From positions 102,052,001 through 102,116,000 of the forward strand of contig NC_043001.1 in the NCBI RefSeq assembly GCF_006345805.1: DNA of 64,000 bases. Reading direction: 5' to 3'. Below, one piece after another: positions 23,686 through 36,850 of the stretch (positions are counted from its first letter, which is position 1; the number at the start of each line of letters is the position of its first letter). The stretch comes from Octopus sinensis (lineage: Eukaryota). The notes beneath the pieces are model-generated. The model was given only the letters and a program-made list of their open reading frames with translations. It ran no database searches and was not told where the DNA came from. The translations under genes were made by a program, and so were the position numbers.

Positions 23686-24024
23686 ATATGTAAAGATAAT
23701 ATTAACATGAGGAACTGAAGCAGGTTGATTCAGCTTTATGGAGTTTTAGATTTCCCAGCTCTGGAAAACGTTTCAAGAATGGTTGAATGTTTTTATTGCA
23801 CTTTTGAATGGGAACTGGAAACAAGGAATGCAAAGTTCTTTACAACGTCTCAACAAAACACGTTCTCCACGATTCATAGCAGAACATTGAACAAAAAATG
23901 GTTGTCTTTGAACTTACCTGTTATCACCTTCTTACTACAACACACGTCTGATTATTTCAGGTGGGCACTTCACTGAAATCGATCAGTAATGTTTGATCTA
24001 TCAGTTATTGAAGTTTATGAAGGA

Positions 24025-24320
24025 ATGTGGCTTGGTGGTTAAGGTAGTCAGCTCACAATTATAAGGTCATCAGTTCGATTCCCAGTAGCACAATGTGTCC
24101 TTGAGCAAGACACTTTAATTCATGCTGCTCCAGCCCACTCAGCGAGGTGTAATTCGAAGGGCCAGCCTTGTTACATTCTGTGCCATGTTGAATCTCCCTG
24201 TAAACTACATTAAGGGTACTCATGTCTGTGGATGCTCAGCCACTTTCAGGTTCATTTCACAAGCAGGATGTTCCATTCATTGGATCAACCGGAACCCTCA
24301 TCATTGTTACTGAGTGCCAG
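24025..24320 (+). mobile_element. tRNA-derived SINE with GTGTCCTTGAGCAAGACACTT core
   Basis: GTGGCTTGGTGGTTAAGGTAGTCAGCTCACAATTATAAGGTCATCAGTTCGATTCCC (A/B boxes) followed by a core-like motif; related copies at 41790 (+) and 59850 (-). Confidence 0.75.
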
Positions 24321-24424
24321 TTAATGGAAGTTTATAGCTGACTTGGACAGAATGCAACCTTAGCGGCCACTGTTTTGCTGTTTTGTTTTTGCTAATTTAC
24401 TGTTCTTTGTTTTCCCTACATCTA

Positions 24425-24700
24425 TCATCATCATCATCATCATCGTGTAACGTCTGTTTTCCATGCTGGCATGGGTTGGACAGTTCAACTGGGGTCTGGG
24501 AAGCCAGGAGGCTGCACCAGGCTCTAGTCTGATCTGGCAGTGTTTCTACAGCTGGATGCTCTTCCTAACGCCGACCACTCTGAGAGTGTAGTAGGTACTT
24601 TTTATGTGCCACTGGCATAAGGGCCAAAGGAGCTGGCATTGACCACAATCAGATGGTGCTTTTTATGTGCTACCAGCACAGGACTCACAAATACAATTTC
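24425..24700 (-). mobile_element. RTE 3'UTR-type repeat
   Basis: (CAT)n tail, family body and one monomer. Confidence 0.8.
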
Positions 24701-25984
24701 CATTTGATTTGATATTGCTGTTGATGTTGATGTACCTGACTCAAGTGACATTTGTGTTGCAGCACATACTCTCATCCAGGTAATTCACCTAAGATTGATC
24801 AGGTGTGTCACAGTGACATTCTTTCAGCATAGGTCTTCATTTAAGGCTGACCCAGCTCTAAACAGCATCAACATCATCATTGTTTTGAAGTCCACTTTTT
24901 TGCTTCCGTGGGTTAGATGGACCATGAAAGCAAATTCTCTATAAACGGATGCCCTTCTCATCACAAACCCTCCCTTGTTCCCAAGCAAGGTAATATTTCT
25001 CCATGACCAGACATGTTTTCACGGAATATTGGAAATAAAGGGCACTGCTAAAAAGAAAATGGCACTGATATGCAGCTATCACGCAATGGTGAGACACGGG
25101 GATGCAAACACACATACATCTACATTGAAGCACATGTACACATGCACACACACATGCACGCATGCATGCATACATGCACATACATGATGGGCTTCTTTTA
25201 GTTTTCGTGTACCAAACCCACTCGCAAAGTTTTGGCCAATCCTATAGTAGAAGACATTTGGCTAAAGTGCCATGCAGTGGAAATGAACCCTGAACCCTGT
25301 GGTTGGAAAGCAAACTTCTTAACCACATGGCTACACCCATGCAAAGGCTATAAAAATAAAAATAAAGAAATAGAAAACTCTGAAATTAGGAATGGTCTGC
25401 AGTAGCAGAGATTGGTTAATAAAGATCAGTGAAAATGAATAAAGTTTTCTGTCTGCCTGGAATATTTGAATTCACAGAGAAACTTTTTTTCAGTCTTACA
25501 AGCAAGAGAGATAGAGAAGAGAATGGTGGTATTTCAGCATCTTGAAACACACCACAAGGCAGATGTGGAGAGAAAAGAGGTCGACTTTACCTGCAACTAG
25601 CATGGAATACAATTCAATATGTTATTATTCAACACAGATGGCACATGTTATACAATCAATCAACTCTCTATTTGCATCATCTGATGTAACATTTATACAG
25701 CTCTTGTAGCAGAACACAAGCTGAAATCTCTACACAAAACACCACAAAGCCCGTGAGGGATAGAACTGGCAGAAACAGAGCTGAGATATAATGTAACAAT
25801 ACACATTATGAAATGCCTAACCGAACACAGATGGCAGCACGCATCATGCAATGATGCTAGCATTCAATGAACTATTGGAAATACAAATATTTGAATTCAA
25901 TCACCACACCGTTATCACCACTCTCACTCCTCTGTACACACATATACACACATACACATACATGCTGTGGAACATACTTACATA

Positions 25985-25990
25985 CTATTG

Positions 25991-26045
<55 letters not shown>

Positions 26046-26097
26046 ATATATGTATATGTGTATATATATATATATGTATATATATGTATATATATGT

Positions 26098-26135
<38 letters not shown>

Positions 26136-26180
26136 ATATGTATATATATATATATATTATATATATATGTATGTATATAT

Positions 26181-26217
<37 letters not shown>

Positions 26218-26391
26218 GATAGATCATTAGCCACTACACACATTTTTTTCTCTCCTTTTTTTTCTCTTTGTTTCCCTCCTTGTTTTTTTCAGTGTCCCTT
26301 TCTGTAGAAGAGCGTAGGCTCAAAATGTAAAAGACTTTTTCTATTCCTGAGCGTTATACTAATACATCTGTTTGTTTTTTATTTTTTTCGT

Positions 26392-26471
<80 letters not shown>

Positions 26472-26480
26472 CGTGTGTGT
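25985..26480. repeat. Compound (TA)/(TATG) microsatellites flanking a ~180-bp dispersed element
   Basis: TA-rich tracts at 25985-26217 and ~26396-26480; the insert 26218-26395 matches 63880-64000. Confidence 0.85.
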
Positions 26481-26754
26481 GTGTGTACATGTGTCTGCAT
26501 GTATATATTCTGCTATATGCCTACTTGTATATACATCCATGTTAACATGCTTATATATATATGTGCACATGTGTGTGTATGCATGAGTGTCTATATATAT
26601 ATGCTTATATCACTGAAGTTATGTTTGTCTCTACATTTATGTGCCATTGTACATTTATATATGTGTGTGTATCTATTTATTTATCAATGTGTTTACTCAT
26701 CTATGTGTGTGTGTGTGTGCCTGCATATATGCATGTGAATGTGTGTGTGTTTGT

Positions 26755-27712
26755 GTGTGTATCAACATCACCATCATCATTTAACATCTGCTTTCCATGC
26801 TGGCATGGGTTGGGCAGTGTGGTCAGAGCTGGCCAAGCAGAAGATTGCACCATGTTTCGCTGTCTGTTTTGACATATTCTTTACGGCTGGATGCTCTTCC
26901 CAACGCCAACCATCTCACCGAATGGACTGAGTGTTTTTTACATAGTACCAAATACAGGTGAGGGCAGTTTTGGCATGGCTTTTTTACAGCTGGATGACCC
27001 TCCAAATGCCAACCACTTTACAGTGTGGCCTGGATGCTTTTTACATGGCACCAGCACCAACAGGGTCACCAGGTAACTTGCAAGACAAAGATCCTTTGAG
27101 AGTGGTAGAGGTCATTGGAGGAGGCGATCTTGTGCTGGATGATGAAAGGTCAGAATGTGAGAGAGAGAAACAAGTGTGTTGCTGTAGAGGAGATGCATGG
27201 TTATCTGGTCAGAGAGAGAGAAAGAGAGAGAGAGTGGAAGAGAGCAGGAGGGAGATGGTGGCAAAGTGCTAGGGCATCATCACAAGGAACAGGTATGGTA
27301 GAAAAGAACCAGGAAGACACACACACACACACACCATCATCATCATCGTTTAACGTCCGTTTTCCATCTAGCATGGGTTGGACGGTTCGATCGGGATCTG
27401 GGAAGCCAGAAGGCTGCACCAGGCCCCAGTCTGATCTGGCAGTGTTTCTACTGCTGGATGCCCTTCCTAACGCCAACACACACATATATATATATATATA
27501 TATAATATCATCATCATCATTGTTTAGCGTCCGTTTTCCATGCTAGCATGGGTTGGACGGTGCACCAATCCGATCGTGGCTGTTGCCAGCCTCGCCTGGC
27601 ACCTGTGCAGGTGGCACATAAAAAGCACCCACTACACTCACGGAGTGGTTGGCGTTAAGAAGGGCATGCAGTTATAGAAACACTGCCAGATCAGACTGGA
27701 GCCTGGTGCAGC
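26755..27712 (-). mobile_element. Cluster of three RTE 3'UTR-type repeats, the last with an internal inversion
   Basis: Family signature at about 26760, 27330 and 27507; in the third, the body 27561-27712 is on the plus strand. Confidence 0.75.
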
Positions 27713-29602
27713 AGTTAGAACATGGTATGGTTTTCATATGTTTTATTATGGTATTTTAACATTAAAAAAATATTTTGTAATGTTCATAAAGTTTAATTAG
27801 TGCTTTCATATGTTTCATATCTCAAAATATATTTAACTGACAGATGAGTTCTTGACAACTGTACTATCTCTTAGAACGCTCCAACAAGCTGAATTTTTGG
27901 AATATGGTTTTGACCAATCCGCATGCATCTTAAACATCATGGTTCGCCAGGCATACCAATATTCTGTAATTTGGTTATAGTCATATGTTAAAGATGTTTT
28001 TTAATCCACATAATTAACTGGTTGTTATATTATTGTTGTTATTTCTTTGAAAAATTGACAGTTTATTTTATTAATGCATATATAATATAAAAACATTATT
28101 AATTGTTGAATGAAAATTTTTTTAAATAGCTGTATAATTTTTGAACACAGGATAGCTGTGTGAAGAGCTTGGAAAGTTGAGTAATTATTATTAGAAGACA
28201 AAAAAGTTACTGACAAGTACACAAAACTTGCACCTTATTCACAGCTTCCAAACATTCTATACCACTAAGCCAATATATACACAAACAAGTTGCTCGAGCG
28301 ACTTCAGTGACACACACACACACATACCAATACGCACTCATGCACACACAAAGATACACATTCACACAAATGAAAGGCAATGAATGTGTGCGTGTGTATG
28401 TGTGTGTGTGTTCAGTGACAAAACTTCGTGCTGCATCACTATTGTGAAGTTTTGTCAGTGAACAGGCCACAGTTTCAAAGCGATGGAAATATTTTGACAC
28501 GAATAAAATTTTAATGTTGAAGTGAAACTGGTAATACTTAAATACAGAGGTTCCTTAGCAGTACTACTTAAATACAGGTGTTACGTATAAAACATTTTAA
28601 ATGTATGCTATCTTCCATGCTGCAATTGTTTTTGTTTCAGCACACGATCTCAGATCAAGTCACTTGCTATGCAAGTACATCTCCGTAATTTTTTAAAATC
28701 ACTGTGGATAAATGTCAGCAACGACCTTCTGAGACTCTCCAAAATTTTAATTTCTAAAGAGAAATAATCGAGGGTAGGGAGTGGGGTTGCAAAAAAATTC
28801 ATAATTTCTCGAGTTTTCTTTTTTATAGCATATAAATGTATTTAAGGAGAAAAAATATTGAAAAGCATCAATACATGAGAGAGTGATAAAGAAACGAGGA
28901 GGGTTGTCTATGGATATGCTAGAAACAATAGCCAAATCGCCCTCACTTTTTCCTCTGAAAATATTAACAATCTTTAAAATTCTTTACCGAAAATACTCTT
29001 CCCATGATTTTACTCTTCCCCCCACAAAAAAAACATTGGCCAAAATATGTCCGGAGAAGGATGATGAGGGAGGGGGGTATAAAACTTTTTTTCATACGAA
29101 GATGCACTCCCAACCCCATCATTTCGAAGGCTGTGGCTTAAAAAACAAAATGGGGAAAATCTCCAAAAATATTTCCCTCACAAATTTCTTTATAATCGTA
29201 ATCTATGGTGTTTGAAAGGGATTTGCATAAATTTTCAAGAAAAGATACCCATTTTCTTGAAAGTTATGAAGGGAAAATAAGTCAGATCGGGTGAATTTTC
29301 CAAAAACTCTTCTCTCCACTCCGTCAGAAAGTTCCTTTCCTATAAATCCCTGTATACTCTGAAGCCATAACATCTAAGCGGTGTTTGTAGAAAATTTTCT
29401 GGATGTTATGAAGCAACAAAGTTGGGGGCAGATACATCTGTAGTGATGTCCTTTTATTTATACGATTTTTTTCATTTCATGTTTATTTCATTCATTGTTT
29501 GCAATGTTCTCTCCCCCATCCCCCCTCTCTCTCTCACACACACACACTGCAAAGCTTACAGACAGGCTGCTGAACTGAAATCTCTATGTTGCTTTGAGAG
29601 GA

Positions 29603-31611
29603 GGCATACAGAGTGCAGCAGACTCAGGGAATGTGCGTGGGATGTACGAGGGCATAAAGAAGACAATAGGCCCAGCTCCTACCAAGACGGCTCCTATCCA
29701 GACCAAAGAGGGAGTAATAATCCAAGACCAGGAGAAACAAATGCAGCACTGGACTGAGTACTACCCTGAACTGTATGCTACACAGAACGTCGTCACAGGA
29801 TCGGCCCTCAACGCTATCCCAGTCCTACCGGTTATGAACGAACTAGACCCTCTCCACCCACACTGGAAGAGCTCAGCAAGGCAATCGACACACTAGCCTG
29901 TAGCAAGGCTCCCGGGAACGATGGCGTCCCATCAGAAATCCTCAAATGTGGGAAACCTGCACTGCTACACCCCCTGCATGATCTACACTGCCTCTGATGG
30001 GAACATGGTCACATACCGCAAGACATGAGAGACACTAAAATTGTCACCCTGTACAAAAAGAAAGGTGATTGCAGCAACTGCAACAACTACAGGGGTACCT
30101 CTCTACTCAGTGTGGTCAGTAAAGCCTTCGCACGAGTCACACTAGCGCCCCTACAGACCTTGGCAAACCCGTGTTTACCCGGAGTCACAGTGTGGTTTCA
30201 GAGCAGGACGATCCACAGTGGACATGATATTCTCACTACGACAACTGCAACAGAAGTGCCTAGAACAAAAGATGCCTCTCTACGTAGCCTTCATTGACCT
30301 CACCCAGGCATTCGATCTCGTCAGCAGGAATGGACTCTTTACACTTCTACAGAAGATAGGATGTCCACTGCACCTGCTTAAAGTGATAACCTCATTCCAC
30401 GACAACATGCACAGCACAGTCTGCTACAACAGCGCAATATCGGAAGTCAGCAGTGCAGTGAAACAAGGTTGTGTTCTCGCACCAACACTCTTCGGAATAT
30501 TCTCGCTGCTCCTACAGTTTGCATTTAAGACCAGCAAGGAGGGAGTCTACACCCACACCAGGTGCGACGGCAAGCTTTCCAACATCGCCCGTCTACGAGC
30601 CAAAACCAAAGTCGCTAAGGTACTCATTCGAGAGATGCTCTTCGCAGATGACGCACCACTGACATCACACACAGAAGCTGGGCTCCAAGAACTTGTGAGC
30701 TGTATGTCCCACACCTGCAAAAAATTTGGTCTAAATATCACCCTGAAGAAGACAGACGTCATGGTGCAGGATGCAGAGCATAACCCATCAATCTGCATAG
30801 ATGGCTACAGCCTAGCAGTGGTCGACAACTTCACCTATCTCGGGTCCACTATATCCAACTCTGTGTCCATCAACACAGAGGTTACGAGCAGAATCGGCAA
30901 GGCAACAGCGGTAATGGCCAAGCTTAACAAACGGGTATGGAACAACACCAGTCTCACTCAGAATATTAAACTGAGAGTTTACCGAGTATACGTACTGAGC
31001 ATACTGCTGTACGGAGACATGAACCACCTACGCCCGACATGGGAAACAACTCAATAGCTTCCATCTAAGGTGCCTGTGGCGCATTCTCCATATCAAATGG
31101 CAGGACAAGATCACTAACACATGTACAGCATGCAAACATCACTCTGTGAGAGGCGTCTTCGGTGGCTAGGTCATGTCAGTGGAATGGATGCAGGACGGAT
31201 TCCAAAGGACCTACTGTACGGACAGCTAGCGGAAGGCTCCAGAACAATGGGATGCCCCAAACTGCACTTCAAGGATATCTGCAAGAAGGACCTAAAGCTA
31301 TGCCAGATCAACACCCAAACATGGGAATCCATTGCTGCTGACAGAAGTGCCTAGCGACACAGCGTCAAGCACGGTGCCATGACAGTAGAGAACCTGAGGT
31401 CCACTACTGCCAAACTAAAGAGAACCAGGCGAAAGGAGCAGCAGCAGCAGCAACCACAGCTCTCATCCCCTTTCACTTGCACCAGATGTGGTAGAGACTG
31501 CCACTCGATGATTGGTCTGCACAGCCACACCAGGAAGTGTGGATAAACCTACCACTTTTTCCGAGCTACACCATCGTCTCTCGAGACGGGTGGATGCCGA
31601 AGAAGAGAAAG
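29603..31611 (+). mobile_element. 5'-truncated RTE-clade LINE (RT + C-terminal C2H2-like motif + 3'UTR) with 17-bp TSD; ORF2 disrupted
   Basis: IQSAADSGNVRGMYEGIK; IVTLYKKKGDCSNCNNYRGTSLLS; AFIDLTQAFD; KQGCVLAPTLF; LFADD; FTYLGS; CTRCGRDCHSMIGLHSHTRKC*; 3' end ACCATCGTCTCTCGAGACGGGTGGATGCC(GAA)n; TSD ATGTTGCTTTGAGAGGA at 29586-29602 and 31612-31628. Confidence 0.97.
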
Positions 31612-32170
31612 ATGTTGCTTTGAGAGGAAGGTAAAACTTGACAAACTGCTTTTTCCTCTGTTGTTAGACTGCCGTGATGTTTGTTTAAAAAAGAGAGAGA
31701 GAGATAATGACTGATGAAATAATGAAAGCAATATTTACTAAGCAAGTGAGCACAATTATACAAAGAAATAATTAGACTTAAAATATCATAAAAATTATTA
31801 GAATTGGGAATCGAATGTGGAAATATCATCAAGGGGCTAGCAGAAAATCACCCTCTGGGCAGTCTTTCTGTGGGTCTCAATAACGGAAACACAATCAACT
31901 ATCCACAGGAACTGGAAAAACAATTGACTGATAAGGAAAAAATATATGTACAAATTTATATTCAAAAATCAAGGATTTATCTGAGACCCTATCGGAAGTG
32001 GTAAAACTCCAAGAGAAAACCTAATACAGCCAGCATGGGTACAGGAACTTAACGAAACACATTTAGGAAAAAGAAGCCCATCGAAATAGAAAAAAAATTT
32101 GGACAAAATGGAAAAACAGGGGCTAAATGCAGTTTCACACCTCTCCTTGACAAAAGCATTTTTTTTTTTT

Positions 32171-32941
32171 CAGATTCCTACGTTTTAGATGTTGGAGATT
32201 ACAAATATGCAGGGAAAAAAATTACCCCCCACACACACACACACAACCACCACCGTCACTCCCCCCTCCCATTTAAAATTTAAAACTTTTTCGGAAATTT
32301 TTTCCCTATGTTTTAGATGACGGAGATTCTGGATGTGCAAGAAACCACGTTTTGAAACTTTTAAATTCAATAAGCATAAAGATATATGTACAAAGTGTGT
32401 GTGAGTGAGAGAGAGGGGGGAGAGGGGAGAGAGAGAGAGATAGTTAGATAGATAGATAGATATGAATGTATTTCAGGGGCTAAAAACAACAGTAACATCG
32501 TCTTCTATAGGACCGCCACATTTAGTTGACAAGTATATTTTATGAGTAAACAGACAGGGCTAGATAAATAGATAGATAGATAAATAAATGGATGAAAAAG
32601 TTCAAAATTTAAAATTGAGGGAGGGTGGAATTTGAGCCCCCAATTAAACTTTATAACATTGATTATTAAATATTAATGTTTGTTTCTCATAAAATGGTGC
32701 ATATTTAATTTACATTAAATTATTATTTACGATTATTTAAGGCAAACAAAAGTAAAACGCAAATTCTGTTCACTTTAATGTTTTTGTCTGTATTTAATTT
32801 CGATTTGCATATGTTCGTCAATTTGCTTCGATCTCTTTAAAGTAAACAAAATCAAAAATTTGAATTAGGTGGGAGGAGGGTGAAATTATTTTTTTTTTTT
32901 TGCATATTCGCAATCTCCGACATCTAAAACGTAGGAATCCG
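32171..32941. mobile_element. MITE / non-autonomous DNA transposon with ~45-50-bp terminal inverted repeats
   Basis: Left CAGATTCCTACGTTTTAGATGTTGGAGATTACAAATATGCA; right TGCATATTCGCAATCTCCGACATCTAAAACGTAGGAATCCG. Confidence 0.8.
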
Positions 32942-33019
32942 TAAAAAGTTTTTCAAAAACAAAAAATGCATTTTTCAAGGAAGGGTTCGAAACTGCATTA
33001 GCCCTCAAAAAAACATCTT

Positions 33020-33244
33020 CAAAAAAACAAGGGGCTAAACACAGAGAGGACAAACAAGGACAGACAAACGGATTAAGTCGATTACACTGACCCCAGTGCA
33101 TAACTGGTACTTAATTTATCGACCCCCAAAAGGATGAAAGGCAAAGTCGAACTTGGCGGAATTTGAACCCAGAACGTAACGGCAGACGAAATACGGCTAC
33201 GGATTTCGCCCAGCGTGCTAGCATTTCTGCCAGCTCGCCACCTT
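33020..33244 (-). mobile_element. Young tRNA-derived SINE with 10-bp TSD
   Basis: TSD AAAACATCTT at 33010-33019 and 33245-33254. Confidence 0.88.
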
Positions 33245-33344
33245 AAAACATCTTAATATCCGTAAACAAAATTTTTGGAAGGTGTGCTTAATGTCAGAAA
33301 AACATATGCTGAGATATACACAGACTGGATTGAGACATACGTAT

Positions 33345-34525
33345 CCATACTTCAGCGTAAATTCTTAAAGAAATTACAGGAGAACCGGAGAAAGAAACAA
33401 AACCAAGATGGGCGCTGAGTGTGTCAAATGTGAGGACAGACATCTTTATCATCAATCTCTAAAGACAAAATGCGTAACGGTGGCCGATGAAATTATCGAA
33501 GCAATATTGGAAATAGCCACCAGGAATATAGCTGAGAAAATGAGAGATACGTGGGTTAAAGATATTACAAAAGAAGAAAGTAAATCAAGGCATTTATGGC
33601 AAAAGAAACAATTGTTCGTTGATAAATACGTTGGAAACTACGGTAATGACATCTCAGTACCACGTGAATGATGAGATATAAAGGCAGCAACCTCACCAAC
33701 GAAACATCCATGGAAACACGTGGCAACAAAAACAGTCAACCACAAGGAACTACGGTAAGAACACTTTATCATTTAAGAATACAAAGAAACACAGCAATAC
33801 ACGTAACATACAAGAATACTATAATCAAAACAAACATTCCTTTGATCAAAACATTTTAAAGAAAACAATTATTCATTTGAACAAAATATTAGAGGAAGAA
33901 AAACTGGTAAGAATTCACATTCAAGACCTCAACGAAAATCGCTTGTTAGAAACAACAACAACAACAAAAAAACATACTAGACTGTCAAATAAACCCCAAA
34001 AATTATTTTCACAAACTGTAAATATAAATAATAAAGCCATACTTAGAAACAAGAAAGAAAACGTACCTAACCAAACACAACAACCAACATACAATGCTCA
34101 TCAGATAACAGATGTTAATAATAGAAGATATGATAGACAAAAAAGAATCTATTTTTTAGCAGACATTAGAGAAAGAAAGAAATTGGAGAAGAAACAACTG
34201 ATAGGATAGACCCTAAAATTATTAACCTGTTAAAACAGTGACGAACTTCAGTTATTGATGAAAGGACTAAAATACCCCTACAGTCGACCATCGGGAATTG
34301 GAGGAAAATATCCAAAACTTTTGTCTGAAACTACTATTTATGAAATTTTTTTTTACTGATAAAAATAATGAGAATGACGGATCTTTGGTGAAAAATAAAT
34401 CAAAATTTAACCTGCCAAAAGGACGAAATACACATCTAGATCAGTTCATTGACATCCTCTCTAGATTTCCACTGAGGCATAATATCAATATCAGACCAAA
34501 CATTTTAAAACTAGAAAAGTCTGTC
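33345..34525 (+). mobile_element. Penelope-like element, N-terminal (pre-RT) part of the ORF, decayed
   Basis: KIINL...ELQLLMKGLKY...ELEENIQNFCLKLLFMKFFF...DGSLVKNKSKFNLPKGRNTHLDQFID resembles the conserved PLE pattern NLS...L.KGLKF.P...F.RKLRL.EFF...KS.F.PP..RN..LD. Confidence 0.7.
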
Positions 34526-34609
34526 CTGTTTATACATGCAATTGTGGGCAGCATGGTTGTCCATTTACCCTGCAAATAAAATGATGTGGGCACTTCATAC
34601 TCTCCAAGC

Positions 34610-34795
34610 CACATGGAGTAACTAATTCCTTACTTGGAAATCAGAGAAGTGTTAGCATCAAAATGGCATCCAGCCATAAAAGCCAAGATAAAGCAGACAT
34701 TGGATTTCAATGCAGTCCTTGGCTACATTGGATCCCTTCAGACCGTCCAACCCATACCAGCGTGGAGCATAGCTGTTAAATGATAATGATGATGT
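34610..34795 (+). mobile_element. RTE 3'UTR-type repeat
   Basis: GGCATCCAGCC...CCGTCCAACCCATACCAGCGTGGAG...GTTAAATGATAATGATGATG. Confidence 0.7.
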
Positions 34796-34929
34796 ATATA
34801 TGCATGTGTGTGTGTGTGTGTGTGTGTGGTTATCTGTACCCATGTATCCATGGGTGTGACAATAAGGAATATTTGTGTCTGAGCAGATATTCATAGATTT
34901 ATGTGTGTCAGTTCTTGTCTGTACTTTTG

Positions 34930-35800
34930 TCCCTGACAGGGACAATGGTTACAAAAGGCCCTGATAGTTGAGCACCCACTGTTCAGGAAGGAACTCTGAA
35001 GTACTGAGCATGGAAAATTGTCCTTCTTCTTGTGTGCCATTGCTGACCTCCTGTCCATCTCAGATAACCTTAAAATGTAGGGCAAAGAGGAGAGCCCATC
35101 CTGCCAGCAGTGTGGATCAACTCTTTGCACCCTGGCCCACATTTTGGCTAGATGCTCCAGAAGGCATGACAAGGTCCTTGCAGAAATTGCCAAATGGACA
35201 GACATGCAGAGGGTTAAGATCAACAAATAACAACTGTCATCAGCCATGGGTACCAGATTCCTAAGGAAAGGTGACAAGGCTTCTAAGATGGAAGCACCAA
35301 CAGGAGACCCATTTTGTATTTTGCATCTAGCCTGAGACTAGGAGAGATGTGAATGAACTGGAAAGGCAGATTCTGACAGAGAAGTTGTTGCTCTGCAGAA
35401 GTGTAAAAACAATCATTGTGGTTGAACTTCCAAAACCCTGGGTGGACAGACTTGACATTCGTCATCAGCTAAAAAAAACCACATATCAGGATTTGGTTGA
35501 TTTGGTAAGTGCCAAAGGATGGCAGGCAGCCTCACTCTGTACTGAGGTTGGCTGTAATGGCTTTCCAGCAAGATCAGTGCTCTATTTCCTATAGGAGATT
35601 GGACTGGAACCTAGACAGCTGAAGAAACCCACCAAGGAGACAGACATGACAGCTGAAACCGGTTCAAGGTGATGGAACCCTTCTGCAAGAAAAGACTAAT
35701 TCACTTCTTGCTGCCCCATTCAGGAAGCATACAGGTTAACAGGTGAAATGCTTGTGACCCTGAGAGACCTGCTGATGATGCAAAAAGGTTTCTCAACACT
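34930..35800 (+). mobile_element. HERO/NeSL-like RLE non-LTR retrotransposon 3' fragment
   Basis: CCHC knuckle SCQQCGSTLCTLAHILARC..RRHDKVLAEIA; RLE region IIVVELPKPWVDR...LK..TYQDLV...GWQA...EVGCNGF..RSV, which matches the HERO-type ELTVPWE..VEVGCRGF pattern. Confidence 0.75.
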
Positions 35801-36559
35801 GGTGGATTTGGGAGGGCTTGTAATAACCCCTAGGTATTGTAGTTTCTCTGGTGCAAATCGTCCCCAATGTTTATTTTACCTGTGAGACTGTTAGTCCGCT
35901 TGTCTACTTACATCTACCTTTAATGCATTCCAGTTAATCCACCTCTTCTATAGAAGATACCCCTTTCTCTCTCTCTCTCTCTCTCCCCACGTTCTCTTCA
36001 CCCTCTCCCTTATCTCTCCACCCCTCATCTTTCCTCTTCTCCCTCTTACATACAAACAAGTGTATTGTTTTTCAATTTTATTACCTTGCACACACACACA
36101 CGCACACATGCCTTCCATAAATAGATTATTTCGAAAATCAACAAGTACGTATCTCCGTCGTTCCACACTCTTACCCCTATATCCTATCCAAAATATATCC
36201 ACCCACCCTAAAATTCTTCCAGTAACTACACCACATACCCTAAACATCAATTTCTCTTCTTGCTTCTCATCATGATTGTTTCCAAAAAAGAAACAAAAAG
36301 AAAAGGAACAGTTGTGTGCAAGTAAGAATATCTTTGCCAAAACCCAAGCTCATCTGTAATCTTCCTTTCTTCTCTGTTTAATCCTCATATAATCCACCCA
36401 AATAACCTGAACCCCCCCCCCTCTCCAATACAATTCAATCCGTTTTGATTCATACTTGTTCTTTATGGTAGCAGTAGCAAAAACAAATGATGTATTTCAT
36501 GTAATGAGTTTAAACCAGTATAAAACATATCATAACTATATTTATTCATTTCAAATATA

Positions 36560-36850
36560 ATTGTTATTGTTAGCAATAAAATTTTCCCACTAAAAAACCA
36601 ATTTCCTTATTCCTTGGGCATAAAACATGAGGCTTTATAGAAGAGAAAAATGTTTGGGGTGCTGTTTTGATAGTGTCCTCTGAGCATCCTATTGCTGAAA
36701 TATTCAAGTGACCTGAATAAATGAAAATCTGATGGTTTTAGGCCTGGTGAGTAGGGAGGGTGAGGCAGAGCTCCCCAGCCAAATGAATTTATCTCTTCAA
36801 GGGTTTTCTGTGATGAATGTGGCCTTGGATGACTTTTTTTCTGTTTTAGC
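36560..36850 (-). mobile_element. Mariner (DD34D-type) transposase fragment, decayed
   Basis: Minus translation FGWGALPHPPYSPGLKPSDFHLFRSLEYF matches the mariner WE.LPHPPYSPDLAPSDYHLFRSL motif. Confidence 0.8.

Noticed and set aside
31705-31735. CTGATGA...GAAA motif
   Set aside because: No stem II, stem III or cleavage triplet in register.
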